Part shown: in pieces, positions 9,691-18,870 of the stretch
Position numbering within the stretch: the stretch's first letter is position 1
Layout: every line of letters starts with the position of its first letter
Assembly (NCBI GenBank): GCA_963703225.1
Contig: OY969801.1
Location: 2,240,001 to 2,304,000 of the forward strand
Direction: 5' to 3'
Source: Candidatus Eiseniibacteriota bacterium
Lineage (GTDB): Bacteria; Eisenbacteria; RBG-16-71-46; SZUA-252
DNA length: 64,000 nucleotides
Translations under genes and position numbers: made by a program
The notes under the pieces: generated by a model
Told to the model about the DNA's origin: nothing
Seen by the model: only the letters and a program-made list of their open reading frames with translations
Databases searched by the model: none

Positions 9691-10713
9691 ATGAAAAATC
9701 CGCCACGAGAGCCAACCCTCATCGATCTCATCGAATCGGGCGAGGCTAATGACGGCATCGTCCAGGTGCAGGTGAAAACCTGGCCCGCCTTTGTGGAATA
9801 CGTGAGGCTTCTTGGAATCAACCCCAGCTTCATTTGGCGGGGACAGCGTAGAAGTGATTGGGACCTGACGGCTCTGCTCTATCGAGAGCAAGCGCTGGGT
9901 GGACTCGGAGTCCCTCGGGACAAGGAAGGGGAGGCAATGATGTACCGCCACCTCGAGGCGTTCAAACGTGCGGCTCGTGGTCGCCGAGGGCCGAATCCTC
10001 CACCTCTTGCGAACGAGAACGACTGGTGGGCCCTTGGCCAACACTACGGCCTCGCAACTCCCCTGATCGACTGGACGGGGTCCCCGTTTGCCGCCGCGTA
10101 CTTCGCGTTCTACGAGAGTGTTCCTAAGGATGAGACTCCGGAGCGGGCTATCTTTGCGCTGGATCGTGCCACCGTGAGGCGAGAGTGGATGGACCGCTGG
10201 ACCGAGATCGTGTTGCGGGAACGGGCCCACATTCAGATGCAGCGCCGCGCGACTGACAAAGCAGCGCTCACTATGAGCACGACGTTCAAGGGACCGGGGC
10301 AAATTCAGGATGAGCTTGAGGAAGAGGAACGAGAGGCGCGAGTGGAGGAGCAGAGGCGCAGAGAGCGGCATCGCAGCGAGAATCCGCTCATGGACTTCGT
10401 CGAGCCCCTGGGGGATGAGAATACCCGGCTCGTGAATCAGAACGGCATGTTCACGCGAACGCAGGACGGGGTGGATGTCGGGGCGTACGTCAAGAGGATG
10501 TTTGCCGGGCGCGACGACACGATCCTCTTCAAGATCACAATCCCAAATTCGGAGCGCGAGACCGCGATGTGTGCGCTCAACCAGATGAATATCAACCACG
10601 CGACGCTCTTCCCAGATCTGTATGGCGCAGGGACGTTCTGCAATATGCGGTGGAAGATTCCGGGCTACGCCGACCTCTACGACGTTCCAATACCGCCCGA
10701 GTTCGTGGCTTAG
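9691..10713 (+). CDS. FRG domain-containing protein
   Basis: IWRGQ, ALGQHYGLATPLIDWTGSPFAAAYFAF, NTRLVNQNGMFT, TLFPDLYG. Confidence 0.92.
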   Translation: MKNPPREPTLIDLIESGEANDGIVQVQVKTWPAFVEYVRLLGINPSFIWRGQRRSDWDLTALLYREQALGGLGVPRDKEGEAMMYRHLEAFKRAARGRRGPNPPPLANENDWWALGQHYGLATPLIDWTGSPFAAAYFAFYESVPKDETPERAIFALDRATVRREWMDRWTEIVLRERAHIQMQRRATDKAALTMSTTFKGPGQIQDELEEEEREARVEEQRRRERHRSENPLMDFVEPLGDENTRLVNQNGMFTRTQDGVDVGAYVKRMFAGRDDTILFKITIPNSERETAMCALNQMNINHATLFPDLYGAGTFCNMRWKIPGYADLYDVPIPPEFVA

Positions 10714-10901
10714 CATTCCTCCTCCAGCGACTTCATGTGGCGCTCGAACTCCTCCCGGTTGAACCGAAGCGTCAGCTTGACCCCGCCCAACGCGGTTCGG
10801 TCTCTCCTCTCCCGACATCTAGGTAACGGAAAATCTTCGGCACCGACGCGGAAGGAAAATCTGTGGGGCGTCGCTTACGTGTTTGGGGCACGAGGAAGTC
10901 G

Positions 10902-11030
10902 ACCCTCTTAGCCCAGAGGTTCGCATGGGACTCCGCGCCGGGTGGTGAGGACCTGAGGCGGGCCAGCGGGCAGGCAAAGCGACCGAGGACCCTTCTCCCC
11001 GGGTGATCGCCCGTCGTGGGGGCAATCCGC
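10902..11030 (+). repeat. Island-internal ~130-bp repeat, copy C
   Basis: Direct repeat of 7533-7663 with the same start (ACCCTCT) and end (GGCAATCCGC). Confidence 0.85.
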
Positions 11031-11355
11031 TTCCTATCGAGGCATAGCTACCCCTAGAATTAGGTTCAGAGCGGTAGGGAGGCATCCAAGTACGGCTACA
11101 GACACGCCCCGCATCCACTCCGGGGGTAAGTCGCTCATTCGTCGCGGGAATGTCGCGGATCGAAATGGTGACTTTCTCCAATACTGGTGCGGGTTGTCGC
11201 GGTGTCGCGTTTCATTTGGAGGAGTGAGAAGAAAGGAGAGCAGGGGGAGCAGAAACAGGGTGGGCCTGGGCGGTTAGGTTACCGAATGGTGACCGCAGCC
11301 TGTAGATCGCTAGCGAGGACCTGATCTTCGAGGAACCGCAATTCATTGCAGGTCA

Positions 11356-11443
11356 TGGCGGAGGGGGTAGGATTCGAACCCACGGTGCCTTGCGGCACAG
11401 CGGTTTTCAAGACCGCCGCCTTAAACCACTCGGCCACCCCTCC
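11356..11443 (-). tRNA. tRNA-Ser(TGA)
   Basis: GGAGGGG/CCCCTCC acceptor stem, GCGGT-CTTGAAA-ACCGC anticodon arm, long variable arm GTGCC-GCAA-GGCAC, GTTCGAATC T-loop, encoded CCA. Confidence 0.97.
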
Positions 11444-11608
11444 GCGCGCTGCAGTGCAGCATCTTAGCTGAAACGACGGCGGTGGCGCTCGCGGGCAACA
11501 ACGCTTATGCCGCGCATACGCGGGACGATTTGGGGCCGACTTGCTCGCGCGGAAGTATCCGAGGGCGAATCGCATTGACATCGTCAGGCCCGCGACACCG
11601 CAGCGCGC

Positions 11609-13633
11609 CTACTGAAGTACCGCGATCCGTCCTGTGAGCGCTCCGTCGGGTGTATCCACTCGGTAGAAGTACACGCCGGAAGAGACGCCACCGCCACCCG
11701 CCCCACCTACGTCGATCCTCACTTCGTGGAATCCAGCCGGCAGCACGCATCGCGGGAGGAGCGCCCGTACCAGCCGCCCCTGAAGGTCGAAGAGCTGCAC
11801 ACCGACCGTTCCTGGCCGCGATGTCTTGAACGTCAATGTGCCTGCCGGGTTCAGGGGATTGGGGACGACCAAAGCACCGCCGGTACGTCGGGGCGGCTCC
11901 ACAAGCCGCACCAGGTCGGAGCCCCCGAACCGCTGCCCCGTTATCAGCGATCCCGTTACCGCCACTTCATTCACCCCCGGCACGAGGTGAGGCAGCAGTG
12001 CATCTCGGCTGAACTTGAGCATCAGCTCTGGAATCCCGTCCTTGTCGAAGTCCCCTCCCGCTCTGGGTCTCGCCTCTGCGGGCACGGACCCCGCGAGGCG
12101 AACGGAGGAGATGTCGACGGCCTGCGGGTCGAACTCGCTGGACTCGATGTAGGCGGTCAGCCGGGCGCCGCCTCCCGATGCGTGGATCACGTTCGGGTCC
12201 AGATTCAGTGCGGCCGCGAGCAAGGCGCGTGGCGTGCCCAGGACAAACGCGCGTCCGGCGTCCGGCCCTCCGCTGTCGCTCCCGTGCGCTCCCACGACCA
12301 GGTCCGCGCGACCGTCGTCGTCCACGTCGCCAGCCGTCCCGACGGAGGAGCCGAAGAAATCGTCCGCGGGCGCCGTGAGCACGAGATCGGGAGAGGCGTC
12401 GGCGCTCGGGCCACCGAGGTAGACGCACACGCGACCCGGTCGCTCCGAGCCGGCGACAAAGTGGGACGATCCCGCGAGGATGTCGGCGTAACCGTCTCCG
12501 TCCACGTCCCCCGCGGTTCCCACCGAAACTCCGAAGAAGAGGGAGGGCGGCTCTCCAGCAAGCGTGAGGTCCGCCAGGGCGTCTGCTGCGGGCCCCCCGT
12601 AGTACACGTACGCGCGTCCCGCCTTTTCTCCGTCGTCACTGTTGAAGGGCGCGCCCACCATGATGTCGGCGTATCCATCACTGTTCACGTCTCCCGCTGT
12701 CCCAACAGAGGACCCGAACTGGTCGGCCTCCCCGGCTCCGGTGAGAACGAGATCCGCCGTTGCGTCCGCACCGGGACCGCCAAAGTACACGTAGGCACGG
12801 CCTGCGTCCCCCCCGCCCGAGGCGTTCGTCGGAGCGCCTACGATGAGGTCAGCGTATCCATCACCGTTCACGTCCCTCGCCGCTCCGACCGAGGCGCCGA
12901 AGTGATCGCCTTCGACTTCGCCGCTGAGAACGAGGTCAGGCACGGCGTCGGCGCGCGGCCCGCCGAAATACACGTAGGCGCTACCCGCCAGGCCCTCCCC
13001 CGGTTGACAGACTCTTCCAAAGATGTCGCAAGGGTCGGCCGGCGCGCCGACGATAACGTCGTCATAGCCGTCCCCGTTCCAGTCCCCGGCGGCCCCCACG
13101 GCGACCCCGAACCCCTCCGATGCCACCATCCGCGTGAGGACAAGGTCGGCGACGACGTCCGGAGGCGTACCCCCGTAGTATACGTAGGCTCGATCACTCG
13201 CGCCCACGATCACGTCGGCATAGCCGTCCCCGTTCACGTCGCCGGCTGCGGCGACGGCGGCCCCAAGCCCGAGTCCCGCCGACGTGCCGGTGAACGCTAT
13301 GCCTGCTACTCCGTCGGTACGGGGGCCACCGTAATACAGGTAAGCTCGCCCCGCCTGGCTGCCACCGGCATCGTTTCCGTGCGCACCGATGATCACGTCG
13401 GCGTAGCCGTCCCCGTTCACGTCGCCGGCCGCGGCGACGGCCGAGCCCAGGTCGTCGCCGGCGGCCTCGCCCGTCACGACGAACAGGGTGTCGACGGAGA
13501 TCGCCTGGACCTCAGGCGCGCCCGCAAACAGGAGGAGGCCTACCGTGATCGGGAAAAGTGCGGCGGCGCCTGGGGCCGGCCCGAGGCGATAGTCGGTTCG
13601 ACAATGCAATAGGAACGTGCGCATCGCAGCCAT
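11609..13633 (-). CDS. FG-GAP (integrin-like beta-propeller) repeat protein with C-terminal FlgD-Ig/T9SS-like sorting domain
   Basis: Seven AGDVNGDGYADxxVGA-type repeats; tail PNPLNP...LFDLQGRLVR...SGVYFYRV; AAAGGAG RBS. Confidence 0.88.
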   Translation of the reverse strand: MAAMRTFLLHCRTDYRLGPAPGAAALFPITVGLLLFAGAPEVQAISVDTLFVVTGEAAGDDLGSAVAAAGDVNGDGYADVIIGAHGNDAGGSQAGRAYLYYGGPRTDGVAGIAFTGTSAGLGLGAAVAAAGDVNGDGYADVIVGASDRAYVYYGGTPPDVVADLVLTRMVASEGFGVAVGAAGDWNGDGYDDVIVGAPADPCDIFGRVCQPGEGLAGSAYVYFGGPRADAVPDLVLSGEVEGDHFGASVGAARDVNGDGYADLIVGAPTNASGGGDAGRAYVYFGGPGADATADLVLTGAGEADQFGSSVGTAGDVNSDGYADIMVGAPFNSDDGEKAGRAYVYYGGPAADALADLTLAGEPPSLFFGVSVGTAGDVDGDGYADILAGSSHFVAGSERPGRVCVYLGGPSADASPDLVLTAPADDFFGSSVGTAGDVDDDGRADLVVGAHGSDSGGPDAGRAFVLGTPRALLAAALNLDPNVIHASGGGARLTAYIESSEFDPQAVDISSVRLAGSVPAEARPRAGGDFDKDGIPELMLKFSRDALLPHLVPGVNEVAVTGSLITGQRFGGSDLVRLVEPPRRTGGALVVPNPLNPAGTLTFKTSRPGTVGVQLFDLQGRLVRALLPRCVLPAGFHEVRIDVGGAGGGGVSSGVYFYRVDTPDGALTGRIAVLQ

Positions 13634-13861
13634 GGAACGCTCCTTTCCGCAAAGGCCGGAGCGGGGGACCGGATCTGGAGGGACGCTGGCGCCGGATCGG
13701 AACGCGTCACCTGGGGGAGGTGTACGCGCCTCCAACAATCGATTCTAACATCCCGCCGATCATACGCCCACCTAACCCAACGGCATCGGAGTGCTGCTAC
13801 AGTTTTGCTACAGTCTCAATGCTCCCAAAGACGCCCCACCAGCTACCGCGGGCTCCGGACG

Positions 13862-13902
13862 CGAGAACGCCCCGCAGGGCCCAACCCCTTGGGGCGTTCT
13901 CG
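13862..13902. terminator. 12-bp perfect stem-loop downstream of the tRNA 5' half
   Basis: CGAGAACGCCCC...GGGGCGTTCTCG; no U tract, so terminator function is uncertain. Confidence 0.4.
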
Positions 13903-13957
13903 AACAGCTTGAGCGAAGCGGACTTGGCCGGCCCCCGGCATCCCGGGCCATATCGAA

Positions 13958-13996
13958 TTTCAAGACCGCCGCCTTAAACCACTCGGCCACCCCTCC
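13958..13996 (-). repeat. Displaced 5' half of tRNA-Ser(TGA)
   Basis: 39/39 nt identical to 11405-11443 (plus 4 nt of leader), ending exactly after the anticodon loop CTTGAAA. Confidence 0.93.
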
Positions 13997-14126
13997 GCGC
14001 TTGCGACGCAACAGGATATGCGATCCCCCTAGAACATGCACGGAGCGGTGTAGTCTACGATGTAGTTTCCCGCACGGAAAACCGCGTCCGCGTAGAGCCA
14101 GGCGGCCGACCGCGAGATCGACGACT

Positions 14127-14642
14127 TCATGACCGTCCCACGCTCGCGCCCAGGGTGACGAGAAGCTCGTCCAGTTGCTCGAACGTCTCTCCCATCGCAT
14201 CCGCCGCCCCGGTGCCGGCGGCGTCGAGAGCTTCCTTCGAGGGATAGAACTCGCGCATGACCAGCAACGTCTTGCCGCCTTTTTCCGCGAAGGTCACCGT
14301 CGTGACGGAACCCTCGTCACTTTCCTCATTGGTCCAGACGAGGCGCGAGTGCGGTGCTACTTCCTTGTACGTGCCGAAGAACGCCGACTGTGAGTCCCCG
14401 TGTGCGAACTCCAAACGGTACCTGCCCCCGACACGAACATCCATTTCGCAGGAAAGCAGGGACATTCCCATCGACTTCGGCACCCACCACTGCCTGAACA
14501 GCTCGGGCTTGGTCCACGCCTCGAACACGAGGCGCGCCGGGCCGTTGAAGGTTCGTGTAACGACTAACTCCCGCTCGGACTTCCGTTCCACCGTCGTGCG
14601 GTTCTCCATGGGGGTAGGCTCACTCTCTCTTCTTGCGTCCAT
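14127..14642 (-). CDS. SRPBCC/AHSA1 (START-like) domain protein
   Basis: ELVVTRTFNGPARLVFEAWTKPELFRQWW, DVRVGGRYR. Confidence 0.9.
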   Translation of the reverse strand: MDARRESEPTPMENRTTVERKSERELVVTRTFNGPARLVFEAWTKPELFRQWWVPKSMGMSLLSCEMDVRVGGRYRLEFAHGDSQSAFFGTYKEVAPHSRLVWTNEESDEGSVTTVTFAEKGGKTLLVMREFYPSKEALDAAGTGAADAMGETFEQLDELLVTLGASVGRS

Positions 14643-14985
14643 CGACCTTCTCCTTCCGTTTTAGTTCCTCAACAACTCTGTCCAGCTCGTCGAAGCGTGC
14701 ATCCCAGAGCTGGCGGTACCTCTTGATCCATGCCGACTCTTCCTCCAGTCGGCGCAGGCCGAGCTTGCAGGTCCGCACGCGCCCGACCTTCTCCGTGGTG
14801 ACGAGACCCGCCTGCTCCAAGACGCCGACGTGCTTCTTCATGCCCGTCAGGGTCATGTGGAATTTCTCGGCAAGGTCCGTGATCGAAGCGTCCGCACGCC
14901 CGAGCTGCTCCAGAACGCCGCGTCGGGTGGCGTCCGAGAGCGCTGCGAACGAGGCATCGAAGCCGGTCCGGACATACTGAACCAT
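14620..14985 (-). CDS. ArsR/SmtB family transcriptional regulator
   Basis: FAALSDATRRGVL...KHVGVLEQAGLVTTEKVGRVR; typical pairing with SRPBCC. Confidence 0.92.
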   Translation of the reverse strand: MVQYVRTGFDASFAALSDATRRGVLEQLGRADASITDLAEKFHMTLTGMKKHVGVLEQAGLVTTEKVGRVRTCKLGLRRLEEESAWIKRYRQLWDARFDELDRVVEELKRKEKVDGRKKRE

Positions 14986-14998
14986 GTGGTTCAGTATA
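14974..14998 (-). promoter_or_regulatory. ArsR operator palindrome overlapping the -10 box and start codon
   Basis: ATACTGAACCA-TG-TGGTTCAGTAT perfect 11-bp inverted repeat; TATACT 7 nt before ATG. Confidence 0.8.
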
Positions 14999-15198
14999 TA
15001 ACACGGAAAAGCAGCATGCAAGGGGAGGCTGAGCGCGCGCTGCGCGGCGCACGCGCGCGCTGAAGTTCCCTCGAGGCGCCGTCGCGGCACAACTCCTCTT
15101 GAGCCGGTGACATCTGTCCTGCATGATTACCGCTAGGATGCCACCCACGCCAGCGGCGCGGTGGAACAAGAATCGGCCCGCACGCTTCGTAAGTCACG

Positions 15199-16986
15199 GT
15201 GAGACAAGTGAAACCGACCGATACCCGAAATCCCGATTACTTCCATAAGGTCGTCGATTGCCAGTGGGCCTGCCCCGCGCACACGAACGTGCCGGAATAT
15301 ATCCGGATGATTGCCCAAGGGCGCTACACCGACGCCTATATGCTGAACCGGGAGTCCAACGTGTTTCCCGGCATCCTGGGCCGCACCTGCGACCGTCCCT
15401 GCGAGCCCGCCTGCCGGCGCGGGCGGCTCGAGGGAGATAAACCCGTAGCCATTTGCCGGCTCAAGCGGGTGGCCGCCGACCTCAAAGGCGAGATCGGCCA
15501 TCTCTTGCCCAAAGCTCCGGCCCAGAAGAACGGGAAGCGGGTGGCTCTGATCGGAGCCGGTCCGGCATCCCTGACCGTGGCCAACGATCTGATGCCCTTG
15601 GGCTACGGCGTGGTGCTTTTCGAAAAATACGACAAGCCCGGAGGGCTGATGCGCACCAACATCCCCTCCTTCCGCCTCCCCGAGAAGGTGCTCCAGGAGG
15701 AGTCCGATGCGATCTTGGACATGGGGGTCGACGTTCGTTACAAGTCCCCGGTCACGAGTATGCGGACGCTCCTAGAGGAACGATTCGACGCCGTCTTCGT
15801 CGGCAGCGGCGCCCCCCGCGGCAAGGATCTGCAGCTCCCAGGACGCTCCGAGGCGGCCCCCAACATCCACATCGGTATCGACTGGCTCGAATCGCTCGCG
15901 TTCAAGCACATCGACAAGATCGGCGAGCGGGTATTGATCATCGGTGTCGGCAACACCGCTATGGACTGCTGCCGCTCGGCGCGACGATTGGGGGGCCGGG
16001 ATATCAAGGTGATGGCCCGCCGCCCGCGGGGTTTCTTCAAAGCTTCCCCTTGGGAGCTAGAAGATGCCGAAGAGGAGGGAATTGAAATCCTCGTCAACCA
16101 CGCCCCGAAGCGTTTCGTGCTGGAAGGTGGGAAACTGGTCGGAATGGAATTCGAGCGGTTGGAGTGGGACACCGACGCCAGACATTCGAGGACAGCCGAT
16201 CCCGTCATTCTCCCTTGCGATGACGTGATCCTGGCCATCGGTCAGGAGGCGGCCTTTCCCTGGATCGAGCGGGATATCGGCATCGAATTCGGCGAGCAAG
16301 GCCTCCCCGTCGTGGATGAGTCCACCTTTATGTCCACCCGGCCCGGCGTCTTCTTCGGGGGCGACGCGCCCTGGGGCCCGAAGAACATCATTTGGGCCGT
16401 CGCCCACGGGCACGAAGCCGCTATCTCCATTCATCAGTATGCGCACGGCGAGCCGTTGACCCTCCGGCCGCCCCGCGGTCTGAATCTAACGAGTCAGAAG
16501 ATGGGAATATCGGAGTGGAGCTATTCCAACGACTTCAATCCTGTGCTGCGCCAGAAGATGAAGCATGTCGATCTGGCGAAGCGCTTTCGGGAATTGTCCA
16601 TCGAGGTGGAGCTCGGCTTCACGCCCGAGCAGGCCGCCCGCGAAGTAGAGCGCTGTCTAAATTGCGACGTGCAGACCGTTTTTGCCGCTCCGCGCTGCAT
16701 CGAGTGCGATGCCTGCATCGACGTCTGCCCCGTCCACTGCCTGACCATCGCCCGCGACGGCGAGGAGAAGGATCTGAGGAACCGGCTCACGGCCCCCGCC
16801 ATCAACCCCGAGCAGGCCCTCTTTGTCTCCGAAGAGCTGCCCCAGACGAAACGGCTGATGCTCAAAGATGAGAATATCTGCGTGCATTGCGGACTCTGCG
16901 CCGAGCGTTGTCCCACCGCTGCCTGGGACATGCAAAAGTCGGATGTCCTCCTGCCCTACGCTGGGAACCGCACATGCCCGAAGTGA
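15199..16986 (+). CDS. GltD-like FAD/Fe-S NAD(P)-dependent oxidoreductase with ferredoxin domains (partner of KorAB)
   Basis: CQWACP, LGRTCDRPCEPAC, GAGPAS, GVGNTAMDC, CIECDACIDVCP, CVHCGLCAERCP. Confidence 0.9.
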   Translation: MRQVKPTDTRNPDYFHKVVDCQWACPAHTNVPEYIRMIAQGRYTDAYMLNRESNVFPGILGRTCDRPCEPACRRGRLEGDKPVAICRLKRVAADLKGEIGHLLPKAPAQKNGKRVALIGAGPASLTVANDLMPLGYGVVLFEKYDKPGGLMRTNIPSFRLPEKVLQEESDAILDMGVDVRYKSPVTSMRTLLEERFDAVFVGSGAPRGKDLQLPGRSEAAPNIHIGIDWLESLAFKHIDKIGERVLIIGVGNTAMDCCRSARRLGGRDIKVMARRPRGFFKASPWELEDAEEEGIEILVNHAPKRFVLEGGKLVGMEFERLEWDTDARHSRTADPVILPCDDVILAIGQEAAFPWIERDIGIEFGEQGLPVVDESTFMSTRPGVFFGGDAPWGPKNIIWAVAHGHEAAISIHQYAHGEPLTLRPPRGLNLTSQKMGISEWSYSNDFNPVLRQKMKHVDLAKRFRELSIEVELGFTPEQAAREVERCLNCDVQTVFAAPRCIECDACIDVCPVHCLTIARDGEEKDLRNRLTAPAINPEQALFVSEELPQTKRLMLKDENICVHCGLCAERCPTAAWDMQKSDVLLPYAGNRTCPK

Positions 16987-18863
16987 ATTCCCGCGTAAAC
17001 GATTTCGCCTTCAAGCTGGCCAACGTCAACGGCACTGGCTCGGCCTCCGCGAACGGGCTGCTGATGCAGGCGATCTTTCGGATGGGGATTCCCGTCTCCG
17101 GCAAGAACCTCTTTCCGTCCAACATACAGGGGCTCCCCACCTGGTATGAAATCCGGGTGAACAAGAACGGCCGGACCGCCCGGGCGTTGGAATATGACTT
17201 GATCGTCGCCATGAACGCTCAGACGTACGCGCGCGACGTCAAGGAAGTTCGCCCGGGGGGCTACCTGCTCTTCGACTCGACTTGGCCTCTCGAAAAGGGC
17301 CTCCAGCGTCCGGACGTGACCTTCTTGGGCGTTCCGTTCGCTCAGCTCTGCGTCGAACACTTCCAAGAGCCGCGCGAGCGGATCCTCATGAAGAACATAG
17401 CCTACACGGGCAGCGTGATCGCCCTTCTGGACATCGAGCTGAGCGTGGCCGAAGAGCTCCTGCAGGAAACGTTCGGTAAGAAGAAGGCCCTGCTCGAGTC
17501 CAACCACAAAGCGTTGAGGCTGGGCTATGACTCCGCCAAGCAAGACCTCGAGTGCCCCCTCCCGTTCCGGGTGCAGAGGATGAACGCCAACGGCGATAAG
17601 ATCTTGATCGACGGAAACACAGCCACCGCCCTGGGAGCGCTTTATGCGGGCTGCACGGTCGCGGCCTGGTATCCGATTACGCCCGCGACCTCCGTGATGG
17701 AGTCGTTCAAGAGCCTGTGCGAGCGCTACCGCAAAGACCCCCAAACCGGGAAGAACAACTTCGCGATTCTGCAGGCCGAAGACGAGCTCGCGGCCATCGG
17801 CATCGTCATCGGCGCGGGCTGGGCCGGCGCCCGTGCCTTCACCTCCACTGCAGGGCCGGGCGTTTCCTTGATGAACGAGTTCCTTGGGCTCGCCTACTAC
17901 GCAGAAATCCCGGCGGTCCTGGTGGACGTGCAACGGGTCGGCCCCTCCACCGGAATGCCGACCCGAACCCAGCAGGCCGACCTGCTCCTCTGCGCCTACG
18001 CATCCCACGGCGATACCAAGCATATCTTGTTATTCCCGGCCCATCCGGCCGAGTGTTTCGAGTTCGCCGTGAAATCGTTCGACCTGGCCGAGAAATTCCA
18101 GACGCCGGTGATTCTAATGAGTGATCTGGATATCGGGATGAACGACTGGGTGGTGCCTCGCTTATCCTGGGACAACAGCTACAAACCCGACCGCGGGCGC
18201 GTGCTCTCCGCCGAGCAGATCGAGAAACTGACCGCCTTCCACCGCTACTCGGACGAGGACGAAAATTTCGTGACGCCCCGCACTCTTCCGGGGGTCTCTC
18301 CCAAAGGGGCGTATCTGACGCGCGGCTCCGGACATAACCGGCTGGGCGGCTACACCGAGCTGCCCGAAGAGTATCAGGATGTTGTCGACCGGCTCGCCAA
18401 GAAGCACCGTGCCGCGGCCCAGTTCATTCCTCCTCCGGTCATCGACTTGTCCCGGAGCTCGCATGGGAAGCGGAAGGGGAAAGCGCCGTTCTCCCTCGTT
18501 ACCCTGGGCGGGTGCGACGCGGCCGTCCGCGAGGCCCTCGATCTGTTGTCGGAGCAGGGAATCCCCGGCGACTACATGCGCATCCGCGGCTTCCCGTTCG
18601 GTGCCGAGGTGGAAACGTTCTTGAACGCCCACAACGTCAATTACATCGTAGAACAGAACCGCGACCACCAGCTGAAGTCCCTGATCGCACTGGAAACGAA
18701 CGTCCCCAAGGAAAAGCTCGAGTCGTTGCTCTATTACGGCGGCTATCCCCTGAGTGCCGGTCAAGTCGTGGAGGGCTTCCTGTCGGCCATCGGAAGACAG
18801 GATGGTGAAACCGCGCGCCGTCTCGGGGGCATGCCGAAGGCCCTGAGCGGGGCCGAAGGATGA
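16974..18863 (+). CDS. korA: 2-oxoacid:acceptor oxidoreductase alpha subunit
   Basis: NLFPSNIQGLPTW, WYPITP, QAEDELAAIG, QRVGPSTGMPT. Confidence 0.9.
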   Translation: MPEVNSRVNDFAFKLANVNGTGSASANGLLMQAIFRMGIPVSGKNLFPSNIQGLPTWYEIRVNKNGRTARALEYDLIVAMNAQTYARDVKEVRPGGYLLFDSTWPLEKGLQRPDVTFLGVPFAQLCVEHFQEPRERILMKNIAYTGSVIALLDIELSVAEELLQETFGKKKALLESNHKALRLGYDSAKQDLECPLPFRVQRMNANGDKILIDGNTATALGALYAGCTVAAWYPITPATSVMESFKSLCERYRKDPQTGKNNFAILQAEDELAAIGIVIGAGWAGARAFTSTAGPGVSLMNEFLGLAYYAEIPAVLVDVQRVGPSTGMPTRTQQADLLLCAYASHGDTKHILLFPAHPAECFEFAVKSFDLAEKFQTPVILMSDLDIGMNDWVVPRLSWDNSYKPDRGRVLSAEQIEKLTAFHRYSDEDENFVTPRTLPGVSPKGAYLTRGSGHNRLGGYTELPEEYQDVVDRLAKKHRAAAQFIPPPVIDLSRSSHGKRKGKAPFSLVTLGGCDAAVREALDLLSEQGIPGDYMRIRGFPFGAEVETFLNAHNVNYIVEQNRDHQLKSLIALETNVPKEKLESLLYYGGYPLSAGQVVEGFLSAIGRQDGETARRLGGMPKALSGAEG

Positions 18864-18870
18864 GACAGGG

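Larger units (their letters stand above)
3812..11414. mobile_element. Genomic island integrated at tRNA-Ser, no integrase visible, defence-like cargo
   Basis: Bounded by the 59-bp tRNA repeat; GGTGACCGC tandem motifs near both ends (3989-4008, 11277-11296); cargo DUF3800, Mrr-like, FRG and gene fragments. Confidence 0.8.

Noticed and set aside
9331..10818. Long antisense ORFs (also 11726-13612, 30381-32177, 42360-44141, 57351-59189)
   Set aside because: Shadow frames of well-supported genes in high-GC DNA, with no recognisable motifs
7533..11030. CRISPR array or integron attC array
   Set aside because: Only three long copies, spaced 1.4-1.9 kb apart; no RYYYAAC...GTTRRRY palindromic attC structure; no cas or intI gene
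12240..13470. Tandem DNA repeats
   Set aside because: Explained by FG-GAP protein repeats
11444..13957. Intron-split tRNA-Ser
   Set aside because: The downstream copy is already complete, the intervening DNA is an FG-GAP gene, and no group I/II intron features were recognised
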